A stretch of 64,000 bases of DNA from Eutreptiella sp. 'Long Island Sound 2002' (GCA_964036045.1 OZ038378.1:104904001-104968000); one strand, 5' to 3'. Counted from the first letter of the stretch, positions 1-11,948 are shown. The notes: generated by a model not told the origin, from the sequence alone. Numbers and translations: made by a program.

Positions 1-289
1 GTCCCACAGGTTGCAAATTTGCCTCTCGCACAACCGCCGTCAGTGCCGGATATGCAACTGCAAGCCAGCTTGCTCGCAGCGCTCAGGCCTGATTCTTGTG
101 CAACTGGCCTGATTTGAAGGGACGAATGAACCAACCTGCCTCAGCTGACAGCTGAGGTGCATCGCACTGCAAGCAGGATCAATAGTGACTGCACCGAATT
201 GACCCCCCCCTGTTGTTACAGCCAGCACCCCAGGCAGGACAGGCACCCCCCTCGCACAGATTACCAATCGGAGCACCAGGGCTAATCGG

Positions 290-2733
290 GTGACGGAGCT
301 GAGCAGGGAAGTGCAGCAACCGTTGCAGTACTCAGGTGTTGCCCCAGAACCTACTGTTGCCATTGTACAAATGACATCAGAACTGCTGGATGAAAAAGCC
401 TCAGGCAGGAGAACCTCGAGGCCATTTACGGGTATTTCTGATGACACTTTGACAGAGATCAGCAGACGGCTCCAGCGACTGTTGCAGCATCATGGGGTTG
501 ACCCTGAAGCAATAGCTGCGATTGTTCAGGCAACAGCAAATTTGTTGGAGGGGAAATCCCCCGCAGGCCGCGGAATGACAACAGTGAAGGGCCATTGTAG
601 CCGTAGGCACACCTCTCTGGCAGACATCACCAACATGAAAAAGAAGCAGAATCGTGTCAGGCAACTGAAAGTGCGCTTGCAGCAGCTGCTGACGAGTGAT
701 GGGCCGTCTGTAGAGGTCACTGCCTCCGCGGTCCTTGCGGCTGCAGCATTGTTGGATAATAGGCGGTGCACCATGACACAGCCACAGGGTCACGAGAGCA
801 AACCAGCAGAAACACGTATGAGCGCCCCAGCCAACCCCAGCAGACAGGTTCTGTTAAACAACCTCGCTGCTATCCATGAATCCAAAGAGGCATGGCTTCG
901 GGTCAGAGCCATCAAGCAGGAGGATGGAGTGTATAGGAATTCAACGGAGCGCGTCAAAAAAAGTTTGTTGCAGGGAATCAGCATTGCTGAATGGCGGCAC
1001 GGCGCCTTCTTCGACCCCGTCATTGTGATTTCTTTCTTTTTAAAGCTTGCAGCAACGTCACATGTTTTGCACTCTGGCACCCACCCCCTGGCATTGTGTG
1101 TATTCCTGGACGCAAAGAAAATGTGAAATGACTGCAAAAGCCAGTTGTTGTCAATTTTGTTGCATTACGCACGCAGCCCTCACCAAGTGCCATTGCAGCT
1201 CACTGTCGCAAGGTTGCTTGCAAACGACAGTGCTTTCGGGATTTTGCAGTTTTTCGGAAGCTGGATCTCTGTGAGGCACTGCAGCAGGTGCTGCAAGGGG
1301 GGTTTGTGGGGGCGCCGTTGCTATTAGTGTGGGCCCCAGATTGGCAGGCACTTCGCACAGTGCTCAACTGGGTTGGCCGAGGGGATGAGCAGGCATGTCC
1401 TGCATGTTCGGCACCAAAGGGCATGTGGAAGCGTGCACTTTATGGGCATGCAGCCCGGCGGCGCCTCACTGATTTCTGTACCGCGTGTTATGAGTTCCTG
1501 CGCCTCTGTGGATCAGACCTTGACATTGTGTATGACCCGTTGCACTGTGCAGCACTCGCCATTAGTCATGCAGTGTTGGATAGCATATATTTGTGGGTGC
1601 AGGCCCACTGCAGCGAGCCGCCATATATGATGCGGGAGCTTCTGCAACTCTTTGAAAGTGCAAAATTGACAAAAAAATACAAACCCGCTAAATCAGACGC
1701 AATCCAGCGCAAGGAGTGGGCTATAGGGAACAAAGGTACCAAGGTCCTGTTGAAACCGGACACTTTCTGGAAACCATCTTGCCAATTTACTGCCCACATG
1801 GCCTGGCGGCCTGACAGTTTCATATCTGGCCCAGGGTATGACCGGGTATGTCCTGCATGTTCGGCACCAAAGCACATGTGGCAGCGTGCACTTTATAGGC
1901 ATGCAGCCCCGCAGCGCCTCAATAATTTCTGGACCCCGTGTTTTCAGTTTCTGCGCCTCTGTGGATCTGACCTTGACGTTGTGTATGACCCGTCGCACTG
2001 TGCAGCACTCGTCATTAGTCATGCAGTGTTTCAAAGCATATATTTGTGGGTGCAGGCCCACTGCAGCGAGGTGCCATCCATGATGCAAGGAGCTTCTGCA
2101 AATCTTTGAAAGTGCAAAATCAATCAAAAAAACAAACCTGCTGAATCAGACGCAATCCACCGCAAAGAGTGGGCTATAGGGAACGAAAATACAGAGATCC
2201 TGTTGAAACCTGACACTTTTTGGACCCATCTTGCCAATTCACTGCCCACATGGCCTGGTGGCCTGACTGTTTGATAGCTCGACCTGAGTGCCTCAGAAAA
2301 GGCCAGCCCTTTCCAGCATTATTTGCGGTCGGTCAGATTCCATGCGCAGCATTTGCTGTCATGGACCCCAAAAGGGGTTGACACGAGGGATGCTTACGGT
2401 AGGCGCATGCATCTGTTGTTTGATAGTCTGTCACTGTCTCTGCAACGGTGGTCTGTGGCTGTGCACCATTTCACAATGCATTACAGAGACCACCTCCGCA
2501 GGCACTGTAACGTCCATGGCATGTGCTCTGAGGGCAGAGAGCACCTCCAGCAGCCACATGCACTGCTCGTTGAGAGGTTGCTTTCAAAGCCCTCGTGGAA
2601 ATGCCCTATCGGTTTGATGCCAACTGCCCGTTGGGGAGCTCGCGCCCTGCGATTCTGGGCAGCACAAGTTCTTGTTCCATCTCTCTTGTCCTCTTGTGGT
2701 TCTGAACCACCCACTTTTCCACCCTGTGAGTGA
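290..2733 (+). pseudogene. RAG1/Transib-like DDE transposase, frameshifted, with an internal duplication
   Basis: Motifs occur in RAG1-core order across ORFs 290-1126, 1288-2109 and 2323-2733: LCVFLDAK (D1), LVWAPDWQAL (D2), CPAC, YDPLHC (cf. RAG1 IDALHC), and HHFTMH...SEGREH (cf. HKTLAH...SEGNES). Stops and frameshifts separate the segments. Confidence 0.7.
1395..2272 (+). repeat. 453-bp in-frame tandem duplication inside the transposase
   Basis: ATGTCCTGCATGTTCGGCACC occurs at 1395 and 1848, and the CPAC...YDPxHC block is repeated. The second copy is diverged and carries a stop at 2107-2109. Confidence 0.9.
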
Positions 2734-2889
2734 TTCGATTTGTCTCGGCAATGTTGGTTGCAGTTTGTCTTTTTCTGAAGTGTTCCCCACAGGTGCAATG
2801 CAATCAGATAACTGAGGTCAAGAGCAGATCAAGTCCAGAGCCAAGAGCCAGAACGGCTGATGCTAGCTTAAGCTGTGATTCTACGCCAG

Positions 2890-3290
2890 TGTCTGGTTTT
2901 GCATGCAGGAGTTTGCTGTTATTTGCACTGATGACCCTTACTTTTGAATTTCAATTTTGGTTTATGCTCCAAGCTCCAAGATCACATCAAGTCGAGATCC
3001 AAGAGCTGTCATCGTATGCGAGTGTCTTGTTTTGCATGCAGGTTTGGTTGTATTGGCACTGATGACCCTGTGGTTCGAATTTTGATATTGTTTTATGGTC
3101 CCAGTTTCAAGATCAGATCAACTCTAGATCAAAGAGCCTGAATCAACGGCACTGTGTTCCCCAACATATCACCATATAGAGCAGATTTGTTTTGCGTTGC
3201 AACGTGTGATCCGATGCCGTCTGGTTTTGCATGCAGGTGTTGGTAATGATGACCCTCAGGTTCGAATTTGAATTTTCCCTTTTGATCCAA
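2890..3290. repeat. Three degenerate ~130-190-bp repeats, probably subterminal repeats of the first transposon
   Basis: GTTTTGCATGCAGG...GATGACCCT...GAATTT recurs near 2897, 3028 and 3224. Confidence 0.6.
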
Positions 3291-3816
3291 GCTTCTGGTT
3301 GTCTTTATTCTTGGGGGGGGGGTGTCGTTGTTTCCCCTGCAATTTTCCTTGTCGCCGGGTTTGGCAGGGCAGAGCATGTGCGGGCAGTGCAGGGCACGGC
3401 TGAGCAGGGCAAAGCAGCGTGCAGGTATATATTTTTCAATTATGGTATATACTTTTGCTGTCTTGTGTTTGTTTTTAATCTTGGCAGTTGAGGGGGGATG
3501 GGAAGGGGGCAGTGGAAGGGCAGGGAGGGGGCATGGTAGTAAATTCTCATCCCATTTTCCGTTGCTGAACTAAATGCAAATATTCGCAAATTCTGGTTGT
3601 CATTCAATACCGCGTTGTTGCACATGCAGACACATGTAGGTTGGGCTGGGGAATTGTGGAGTTCAATTGTTTTGGGCCCAGGATGAAGCAAGACCCGGGC
3701 AGACTGGCATGAAGCCTTCTGACCAAAATGTTGACATCTCATTAAAGAGAGTTATTATGCCGCTTTCTTCGGTTTCTCAACATTTCTTGGGGGTTTCAAG
3801 GCACTGAAATGCAATT

Positions 3817-4712
3817 TCAGAAACTCCAGGACACTTTTTGGGGATATCCGGGGTCCTGAATGCCTAGGTTGTAGAAGGCGTACCCGGGGTGCCAGCTGCC
3901 GGCCCTGCCGGACACACTGGTTGTCAGTGGATCTTGAAGCTCGCTCGGGTGCAAAGTGGTGGGGACATCCGGCAGGCCCATGTCCCTGGGGAGCATGGAG
4001 TTGACGGCCTCCAGGTCACAATGGCAATCCAGCGGCAGATGGGTGATCCTCACCTGGTAGTAGTGGCCATTCTGGAATACAACCATGCTGACGGTGCTGG
4101 AGGTGTGCCTCTGGTCCCGCCATGTACGTGTAGCGCTCCCTCATGTTCCGGAGGCTGCGGCCCCTTCTTCGGGCCGTCCAGCTTTCCCAGGTCGCCAGGC
4201 CACTGCACGGCAGGATGTTGAGGTTTTTGGCGCTCAGCTGAGGCGCGGCTTGTTCTCGGGCTCAGGGGCTTGTAGCAGGTTGAGGCCCGGTTGGCGGGGC
4301 GATGAGCGTGTGTGCTCAAGCAAGGTGTCGGACCCACACTTGCCCCTGGTCCGCATGGGTGAGGTTGAACGATCAGATCCACACGTTGATGAGGTAGTTT
4401 TGGGAGCGCTCCCCGGGGTTGAGGAGCGCTTGGAGTTGCCGCACGCAGATGTTGGTAGCACCATGCGACAGGAGGGTCACAGCGAAGCGCCTGTCCGGTT
4501 GGATGCCCTGGCAGTTTTTCTGGAGGGCGTCTACCAGGGCGTGCGGGGGCGTGCCGTGATAGACGTTGCAAGTCCTCTGCAGCTCCTCCAGGTCAAGGAG
4601 CTCTCTCGATTATGGCGGTCTCCGGGCCAGGGGGGGGCATGGTCACCCTGTCTTCGGCCGCAAGGGTGCCAGGCAAGGGAGCCCCCCCCCCCCCGAACGC
4701 CCACTTGGTCCC
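3817..4712 (-). pseudogene. Ulp1/C48 (SUMO-protease-like) domain remnant of the GC-rich host element
   Basis: The minus strand reads LQALLNPGERSQNYLINVWI (cf. Ulp1 L-x-P-x-x-WLNDxIIN), then VVFQNGHYYQVRITH...EAVNSM (catalytic His and DS-like site). Stops and frameshifts are present. Confidence 0.45.
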
Positions 4713-5093
4713 TAGTTTGATCTTAAGAAATTTATCTTCTTAAGATGAACCATTCATCTTAAGGTGAAAAGCAAGAAGAAAAATAAGAAAAAAGATCTAC
4801 TGAACTTTTTCTTTTGGGTTCCCCCTTTTTGCCTACACTTTTTTGTAGTTTTACAGTTCTGGGGACTCTTTGCACCTTTGCAGTTGTAAACACTTACATT
4901 TATCATTGCAGCTACGAAGTTGATGCATTGCTTGATTGATCATTAGGATTTGCCCAAATCAAAAATCCACCCCCTATTATTGAACACATAGCCTTTTGTT
5001 TGCCCGATTTTTTCAGAGCGATGAGAACCGCAATTCAACAACTACAAACAGCAATCAAGAAGATAACACGTCAATACTCAGCTTATGGTGACA

Positions 5094-5295
5094 TGGACAC
5101 ATGTGAGGACACCCTCCCACCTGGGACACATGGACCGGGTGGCCGCGACAATGCCTTCCCAAGCACATGCGGGAGCGGCTCAAGAGGCACCTAACATAGG
5201 GCAGTGGGAGGGACAGGACGTCCCCTTGGTAAGACCTTCTTCCTGCACCGTCAAAGGAGGCATCCCGAGCTCCCGAAAATACCTACCTACCTACC
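5094..5295 (+). mobile_element. 202-bp 5'-truncated non-LTR retroposon insertion with a (TACC)4 tail
   Basis: 16-bp TSD TCAGCTTATGGTGACA at 5078-5093 and 5296-5311, and tail TACCTACCTACCTACC at 5280-5295. Removing the insert joins ORF 5000-5194 in frame to ORF 5389-5760. Confidence 0.85.
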
Positions 5296-5936
5296 TCAGC
5301 TTATGGTGACAATGCTGCCAGATTACTAGCGGCTTTCTCTGATGGTTCTACTTTTGGTCGCTCCCTATTCCACCAAATCAACAACAAAATGCAACTCACG
5401 GCAAAAAGTGTTGAGCTGCACGATTTCACAAAAAACTGGTGTAGTCCAATACAAGCTGTGTGCTTGATTGTGGCACTTGGCCTCTGCCGGGCAAAATACA
5501 GGCACCTCCTGTCCTTTGCAAGTGCCAAGCAGCAGGCCTATTTCAATGCCACGGGGTTCGTGTTCCCAATTTGTCCCCGGGTCGACGGACTGTGGAGGAT
5601 ACATGAAAAGGTCTCACAACCCTTTCTGCATTTGAGTCACCTACATGGTGCAACAACACCGTCGCAATTTCCTGGCCACTCGAAGAATGATTGGAATATG
5701 TGCAGTCCCAAGATGCTATCTGGAACACTGTTGCAGACCCGCAGGATGGTATCACATTGATTATCCGAGGCGATGGTTATCCGGTTGCGGTTTGTAGTTG
5801 GACACAGTTAAATGTGTCCATCATGGACCATGGTCGTCATGCAAGGACAACCAGCCACATGTGGGTGATTTCACAGGCCTATGCAAGCGACAAGGACATG
5901 GAGGACCTGAAGATTCCTTGAAAAACCAATCTGGAG

Positions 5937-6015
5937 GTGTGCTGCGCTGCATTCTTCTTAATGTTTCATCGTAAGATGAAATTTTAATCGTAAAATAATT
6001 CTCTCTTCCCTGCAG
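5937..6015 (+). other. Predicted GT-AG intron with a palindrome triplet
   Basis: GAG|GTGTGC...TCTCTTCCCTGCAG|GCG; contains TTCATCGTAAGATGAA at 5965-5980. Confidence 0.55.
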
Positions 6016-7048
6016 GCGGTTCAGCAAATCTTGATGACTGGTTGCATTTCTCTGCGGTGTGGTATGGTGCCGGGTACCTGCAAGTTTGGTGGCAAAACCT
6101 GTTTCTCTGTGGTATCCTCGGACTCAGTAGAACTTGGATGGTTCCTTCCCCATTCTCCTATATTCTTTGGTCTGATGCGCACCAAGAATTCACTGGGTGG
6201 GAAAGGCAGCGAACACCTGAGGAGGACGCACAATGCAGAGGCAAACTGCCCTTTGTACAGGCTGGAAAGGGAGTCAACTATGAACCCATGTTTGACACTG
6301 AAAGATCATCATTTTTCCCTTGTATTCTACACATCATGATGATCTGTGGTAAGCTGATCTTATCTCTTACACGCAAGGTTGCACTGGACCTGCCCAACGA
6401 CAGGGTGCGGCTGCCAAAAGCGACGTTCAAGGCTGCCAATATCCGATGGAGGGGGTTGCACAAGGAGTATGCACCAGATGGCCAGGAAGTCAAGCGTCTG
6501 CTTTGCGCTTGGGATGCAGTGGCACACGTGTTGCGCATTCACAGATCGGCAGCAGATGAGGCAGTGCGGCAGCTCGGTGAAGTACTGCGCGAACTGTATC
6601 ACTCTGGGGCCCCGGTTGATGGCTTCGAACATCGGGTGGAGCTAGCGGCACGCAACTTCCAGTTGCATTGTGTTCCCCATTACAAATCGTCGTATCTGTA
6701 CATCCTCATCCATGACATGAAAACCATCATCAGCGAATGTCGCAACTTGAGAGTCGGTGTGGCGATGTTTTCAAACAACCTGAAAGAAACCGTGAATGCA
6801 ATTATGAAGGGAAAACACCTCCAGCAGAGCAGCAGAGGGGCTGGTTCTGCAAGAGAATATGGATTTGGAAAAGCCTCTGCACTAAGGCAGACCATTCTGC
6901 ATGTTTTTCTACTGAATCATGCACATCTGGGTGCCCATGGCGTGCCACGACCCTGCACATCACGTCTGGCATCACTGGATCGCTCAATACAGAAGCCAAA
7001 CTGGACCAAGACTTCGGAGGATTTCTGGAGTTCAAGAAGTGGAAAGAG

Positions 7049-7289
7049 GTATGCCGTGAAAATAATGATGATACTAACAATAATAACAATAACAATAATT
7101 TTTTCAAAAAAAAATTTGAAATTTTTTTCGTCGGGAAAATTGATCTCAAATTTTCATCTTAAGAAGAAAATATTGATCGTTAGAAGAAAAATTCGTCGTA
7201 CGAAGAAAATCATCGGAAAAAACAGAAGTAATTGCAAAACCAGAAAAAAAGTGTATTTTTTGCCGAGAAAGCCATTTCTGCCACCTCAG
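7049..7289 (+). other. Predicted GT-AG intron with a palindrome triplet
   Basis: GAG|GTATGC...CCACCTCAG|GCC; very AT-rich. Splicing joins FKKWKE to AHKQAP in frame. Palindromes at 7153, 7173 and 7192. Confidence 0.75.
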
Positions 7290-8096
7290 GCCCACAAACA
7301 AGCTCCAGCAGCCACGGTGACTCCAAGCAAGGAGCTGCCAGCTGCAGATCAATTGGTTCACACACCAACACAATTGGCTCAGCACCCTGTGCGACAACTT
7401 GAACTGAGTGCCACAGACAGCCCACGCAGTGCACTTGGCAGCCCCCCTTCTCGAATGTCTGGCTACAAGCTATCTAGCCATGAGAAGGTGGTCCTGGAGG
7501 AATGCCGGTTGAACCAAATGTTTTTGAAGTGCCTGGAGGATGATGTTGATATTCCTGGGCCGTCAACACCCATTTACACTGACCCTACCGTGGTGCACAT
7601 GACACTCAATCATGCTTTTGGTGGTTGTTGGAACAAGCTTACGAAGCAGCACCAGAGCATGAGCCTGGATGCCTGGGTTACAGCAAATCAGCTGGCTGAC
7701 CAACGACCTTTTGGTGTCCCATTGACTGGAAAGCAGAGAGAAAATCCACCCTGTGAGCCTCTGGTGCATCCAACCGCCCTGCTAAAATTATCGGGAGTCA
7801 TCTGGAAATTACATGGAGTTGTTGAGCTTCATGCTGAAGCGGGTGAATGCATGCTATGGTTTTCCAGCACCCCCGCACCTGACGGTTGGAATATTGCTAT
7901 CCCTGAGGGCAAGCAGAAAGGGAGACCTCCAGTGACATCTGCGCCACCACCTGCTATGAGATCGACATCTGCACCACTACAAGAAGCAAGTGAACCTCTA
8001 TCAGCAGTAGCAGCAGCACCAAATTGGAGCCCGACGTTGATGGCAGCCGTGACTGCTCGACTCGGGGAGAAGGCAACAAAGCAGCGCCAATATGAG

Positions 8097-8247
8097 GTAG
8101 GCAACCTGTGAAGAGGTGCGCGCGTAACGTGCAACGATTCATATATATAATTCTTCGTCACACGAATAATTCATCCAAAGAAGAAAGCAATTCGTCGTAC
8201 CGTGAAACGGTACGAAAAATGTCGTTCATTCAGTGCTCTTTCCTCAG
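8097..8247 (+). other. Predicted GT-AG intron with a palindrome triplet
   Basis: GAG|GTAGGC...CTCTTTCCTCAG|GTT. Splicing joins QRQYE to VEGVECS in frame. Palindromes at 8154, 8170 and 8191. Confidence 0.8.
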
Positions 8248-11200
8248 GTTGAAGGTGTTGAGTGCTCAGCTGTAGGAGTTCGATTTGTTGTGGGCAATAT
8301 TGGTACTGACCTTGGGGTTCAGCATGTTTTCACTGCAGGAGGCATCCTAATTTCACTGAGACGTGCACCCGCTCGAACATTGGGGATGCTACAAGCATTG
8401 GAGACAGATGAGAACGCAGCAAGAGCAAGGCAGCACGAGCAGAAAAAGGCTGTTCACTGGGAGCCCTGGCAGAGCCCAGTGAAAGCGGCAACAACAACTG
8501 TGAAAATTGCAAAGCCCATTAACCCCAATGCCATGCGGACATGGTTTGCCCTCCAGGAACAAGCCACAAGGACGGGCACACAAAAGAGTAATGCAAAAAG
8601 TAATGAAAAAAGCGAACCGACAAAAGCAGCACCACGAGCCACCAGAAAACGCAAGTGGGAATCTGAGTCTGAAAACGAGGAGTCGGAAGAACCTGAGAAG
8701 GATGAAGGTGACGACGAGGAAAAGGAAGATGAGAGTGATGCCAGCGATGAAGGCGTCACCCAAACAACTCCAGCCAAAGGAATGAAGTGGTTGTATGTCC
8801 CATACTAGGCGGAGGCCACTAACGAATCGAAGGTGGCACCAGGGATTGCTCGTCGATTTTACGAGCCTGGAGCAACAAAAGTATCTGACGAACTAGTGGC
8901 TGAAGCGGAGGGGACTAAGGGCACTATCGATTGGCTTCCTGACGATAGCATCGACAAGAGCTGGAACGTGGAAGGTCAATACCTTGCTGCTCGCATCGCG
9001 TTTTGCACTCCGAAAGAAGCCAAGCTTTACCGCAAAGGCATGACGCTGGCACTGAAGAAGCGCAAGATGAAAGAACAGCAGCAGAAGGAGCGCAAGGCCC
9101 ACAAGGTAGGCAAGGCAGAAGCTGCTGCAGAACCAGTTGCACCACGAGCGCCAGCTGCAGATCAAGAAGGGCCCGAGGAACAAACAGATAACGTGTCAGT
9201 AGGTGCAGGTGCGAGTGGTGCAGCGCCTGCCGGTGCAGAGGGCAACTGAACGTATCCATTTGGATTGCCATTGACTGTTGGAAGTGACTGTTACGACTTT
9301 CACTGTTACTGTGTCACATTTTGGTGCGGATTTTTGCATGTCGCTTCTGTCGCGCTACATTCATCGTAAACTTTCATCGTACGACAAAATTTTTCGTCGT
9401 ACGATGAACTTTCTGTGAAAAAAAGGTTCCGTGCAAATAGTTACAGCGACAGACTGGCCAGCGCGTGTTGGAGGGGGCGGTGGATGAGCTGGACGTAGCG
9501 TTCTCCGCCGGTCTGGCTTGCGCACCAAGCGCTGCCAGTTGCGCTCACCCAGTCGACGGGAGAATGGTGAGCATTTTTGTCTGCTCCAACCTGGGCATTT
9601 TGATCCGGCGCTGGGGGTTCTCCGTGGTTGACATCTGCCGGCGCTGTCTCCCACTGGATCCGCCGTGGCCGCCGTCTGCTGTCATCGTGGAAGACCACCC
9701 GTTGCGCCGCAGGGGGCGCCGTGCGACTTTGGCTCCGGGCACTCGGCGTTCCCATGGTCCCCCAGCGCTGTTCTGGCCTCCGGGGGGATAGCTACCCAGT
9801 CTCCATTCCCGGGGTGTGCTCACCGCTGAGTTCCAACCCTGGCTGGGCCAACAGCCGGAGGGGGCTCTGTTGTGGACTGTAGGGGGAGTAGGCTGTAGTG
9901 GCTCTGCGAGGTGCTGGTGCGCGCCAATTTTTCTCGGGGGTCCCAGGTTCTTGACCGCTGGCGCTGGTGCCCCGTGGTCCATTTCGGGGCGGCTTGCCCT
10001 CGGGGACGGTCGGTCCGGATCATCCAGATATGGTGCCTGAGCAGGGCATCCCGGATGCGGAGGGCCGCCCTCAAGTGCCATCGCCGGTGCAGACTGTTCA
10101 GGTCGTCCGCCGTATCGACCCCCATGTGTGCCACAAGGCAGCCGGCCACCTAGCGCCACTGGCTGAGGTGGTCGATGGTAGGGTGTGGGGCATGTGGCCC
10201 CCCCCTGGTGGTCAAAATGGACGTCTGCCATGATGTGAGTCCTGTTCATGATGTGTTTGATCTCCTTGAGCAGCCACCGGGCCCAGAACTGGAGGGTGAG
10301 CTGCTCCGTGTTGTTGGTCCTGGGGACCCGAGGATCTAGGTCACAGGCCAAACCGCCCCCTGCTTCCGCGCTGGGGTCTTGGGCCTCGGACTTCGACTAG
10401 TCCAGGTTCTCCTGTCTGCAGGATGGGGCGATCCGTGGAGGCAGACGGTCTGCTGGGCTGCTCGTGGCGTTGGTGGCCGCCGGCGCACGGGCCCCATGGG
10501 CCCGTGTGGCCTGTACGGGCGGGTCCGTTGCCTCTGTGGGTTGCCCCTATGCGTGACCGTCACCCGCGGCGGCTGTGCGGCCGGCGACCTCCGGTCCCAG
10601 TACGGCATAGTTTTGACGAAGGTGCACCTGGCGGGATGCTGAGGCGGGGTCCCGCATAGAGGTGGCAGGTTCCGTGTGCGGCGTCGCAGGGTTGGGCTTT
10701 GATGGGGGCATCGGGCCACCGGTGGAGGTCCTGTCCCTGCACGACGCCATCAAGGTCTCAAATTACTCATCATTGCGGCGTTGCCGCTCCGTCGGTTGCC
10801 CTTGTCCAGTGGCCACTGCGGGCTCGTTGAAGATCAACGCCAGGTCCTTCGCCGCTTCTGGACCCCGGGCTGGTTGGTCGTCGCGTCCCCCGCCGTGCAC
10901 TATGTCGCGGCAGTGCTTGCATGTTTGTCCGCGGCTGTGGGTTTGAGCAGGCCGGCGTCGTCGGTCGTTTCCTCTGCCTGTTCCCCATGGGTCGGTACCA
11001 GGGGAGGTGTCGGCCGCCTGCTCAGCCCCCCGTGCCCTCGTTCTCCGTGCCTGGTTGTTCGGTGTCCTCCCCCTCCCCGCCTGCACACGCCTCTGCGTCC
11101 GGCTGGTCGGTGGTCTGTGGGCAGGGCGCCCCACCAGCGGTGAGGGGTGGGGCATGTCGACCCCTCCCCGATGGTCGAAGATGATGTCTGCCATGGTGCG

Positions 11201-11403
11201 GGTCCTGTTCATGATTTGTTGGATATCCTGGAATAGCCACCACGTCCGGACCTGGATGGTGAGCTGCTTCGTGTCAGTGGTCCTGGGTACTCACAGATTC
11301 AGGTCACAGGCCGCCCCACGCTCCACTTCTGTGCTGGGGCGGTGGATGTCCCCCTTGGACTTCGCCTAGTCCAGGTTCTCCTGTCTGCAGGGCGGACGCT
11401 CTG

Positions 11404-11948
11404 TCACATAGGTTTTTGAAGGCAAAAGTGTTAGTTTATTCTGAAAACTAAGAAGATGGCGGAGTGACTTGTTTTTGGGCTTAAATATCATGCCAACCAT
11501 GCTGCAAAACCTATTTTGGTGAGTCTGGCACCGCCAAAATAGGGTGCAGGGGCCTTGAAGGGAGCCCCCAAGCATACAGCATTCAGATTCTTGGGAGAAT
11601 ATTGGCAACGTTAGGCCATTTTTTGACGCATAATGTCTTTTTTCACGCCAAAGAGGCCCTGAAAAACCTATCTGCTGGGTCCAATAATTTTCAATACATG
11701 GCTTTCTGCGTCAGACATCTGACAAATAGGGTAAGAGGGGGCTTGTACAGACCATTAGAGTCCAAAAAACAATTTTTTTGCCCACAATTGTAATTTGTAT
11801 GCACTTTTATGTCATTTTCTGGCAACAAATGGGCTTTCTTTGGCTGGGGCGGCCCCGAATCTCTAATTATCAGGCTTCCTAACCCTGCAACACATATTTG
11901 TTTGAGTCCAGCACCTGCGAAATAGGGTGGGGGGCGTTTGTGCAACCA
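11404..11948. mobile_element. AT-rich insertion, probable relic of a DNA-transposon end
   Basis: It interrupts the ~950-bp unit relative to the paralogous units. CGCCAAAATAGGGTGCAG (11532-11549) resembles the reverse complement of the left end of the 12053-20324 element. No TIR or TSD found. Confidence 0.45.

Larger units (their letters stand above)
5021..9249 (+). pseudogene. Spliced RAG1/Transib-like transposase with a long C-terminal extension
   Basis: Motifs: LIIRGDGYP (D1), FGG.NLFLCGILGL (D2 region with frameshift), FFPCILH, DGQEVKRLL, SSYLYILIHD...FSNNLKETVN (E region). Introns at 5937-6015, 7049-7289 and 8097-8247. A premature TAG at 8806-8808 is in frame with ORF 8833-9249. Confidence 0.65.
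4718..9437 (+). mobile_element. RAG1/Transib-like DNA transposon copy 2 (degenerate), flanked by a 5-bp direct repeat TAGTT
   Basis: TAGTT lies at 4713-4717 and 9438-9442, exactly at the GC-rich/AT-rich switches. Triplets of a 16-bp palindrome sit at both ends and a transposase gene lies inside. No clear TIR. Confidence 0.65.

Noticed and set aside
1-3815. Defined ends, or a RAG2-like kelch partner, for the first RAG1-like element
   Set aside because: The left end is probably outside the window, no TIR/TSD could be assigned near 3810, and no kelch-like ORF was seen.
7049-7289. The Ile/Lys-rich stretch of ORF 6042-8111 as real protein
   Set aside because: It is an AT-rich segment with GT-AG ends whose removal joins the flanking peptides in frame, so it is better explained as an intron.
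4718-9437. Terminal inverted repeats or RSS-like CAC ends for the second RAG1-like element
   Set aside because: The left end (TGATCTTAAG) and the right-end reverse complement (TTTGCACGG) share at most a few bases.
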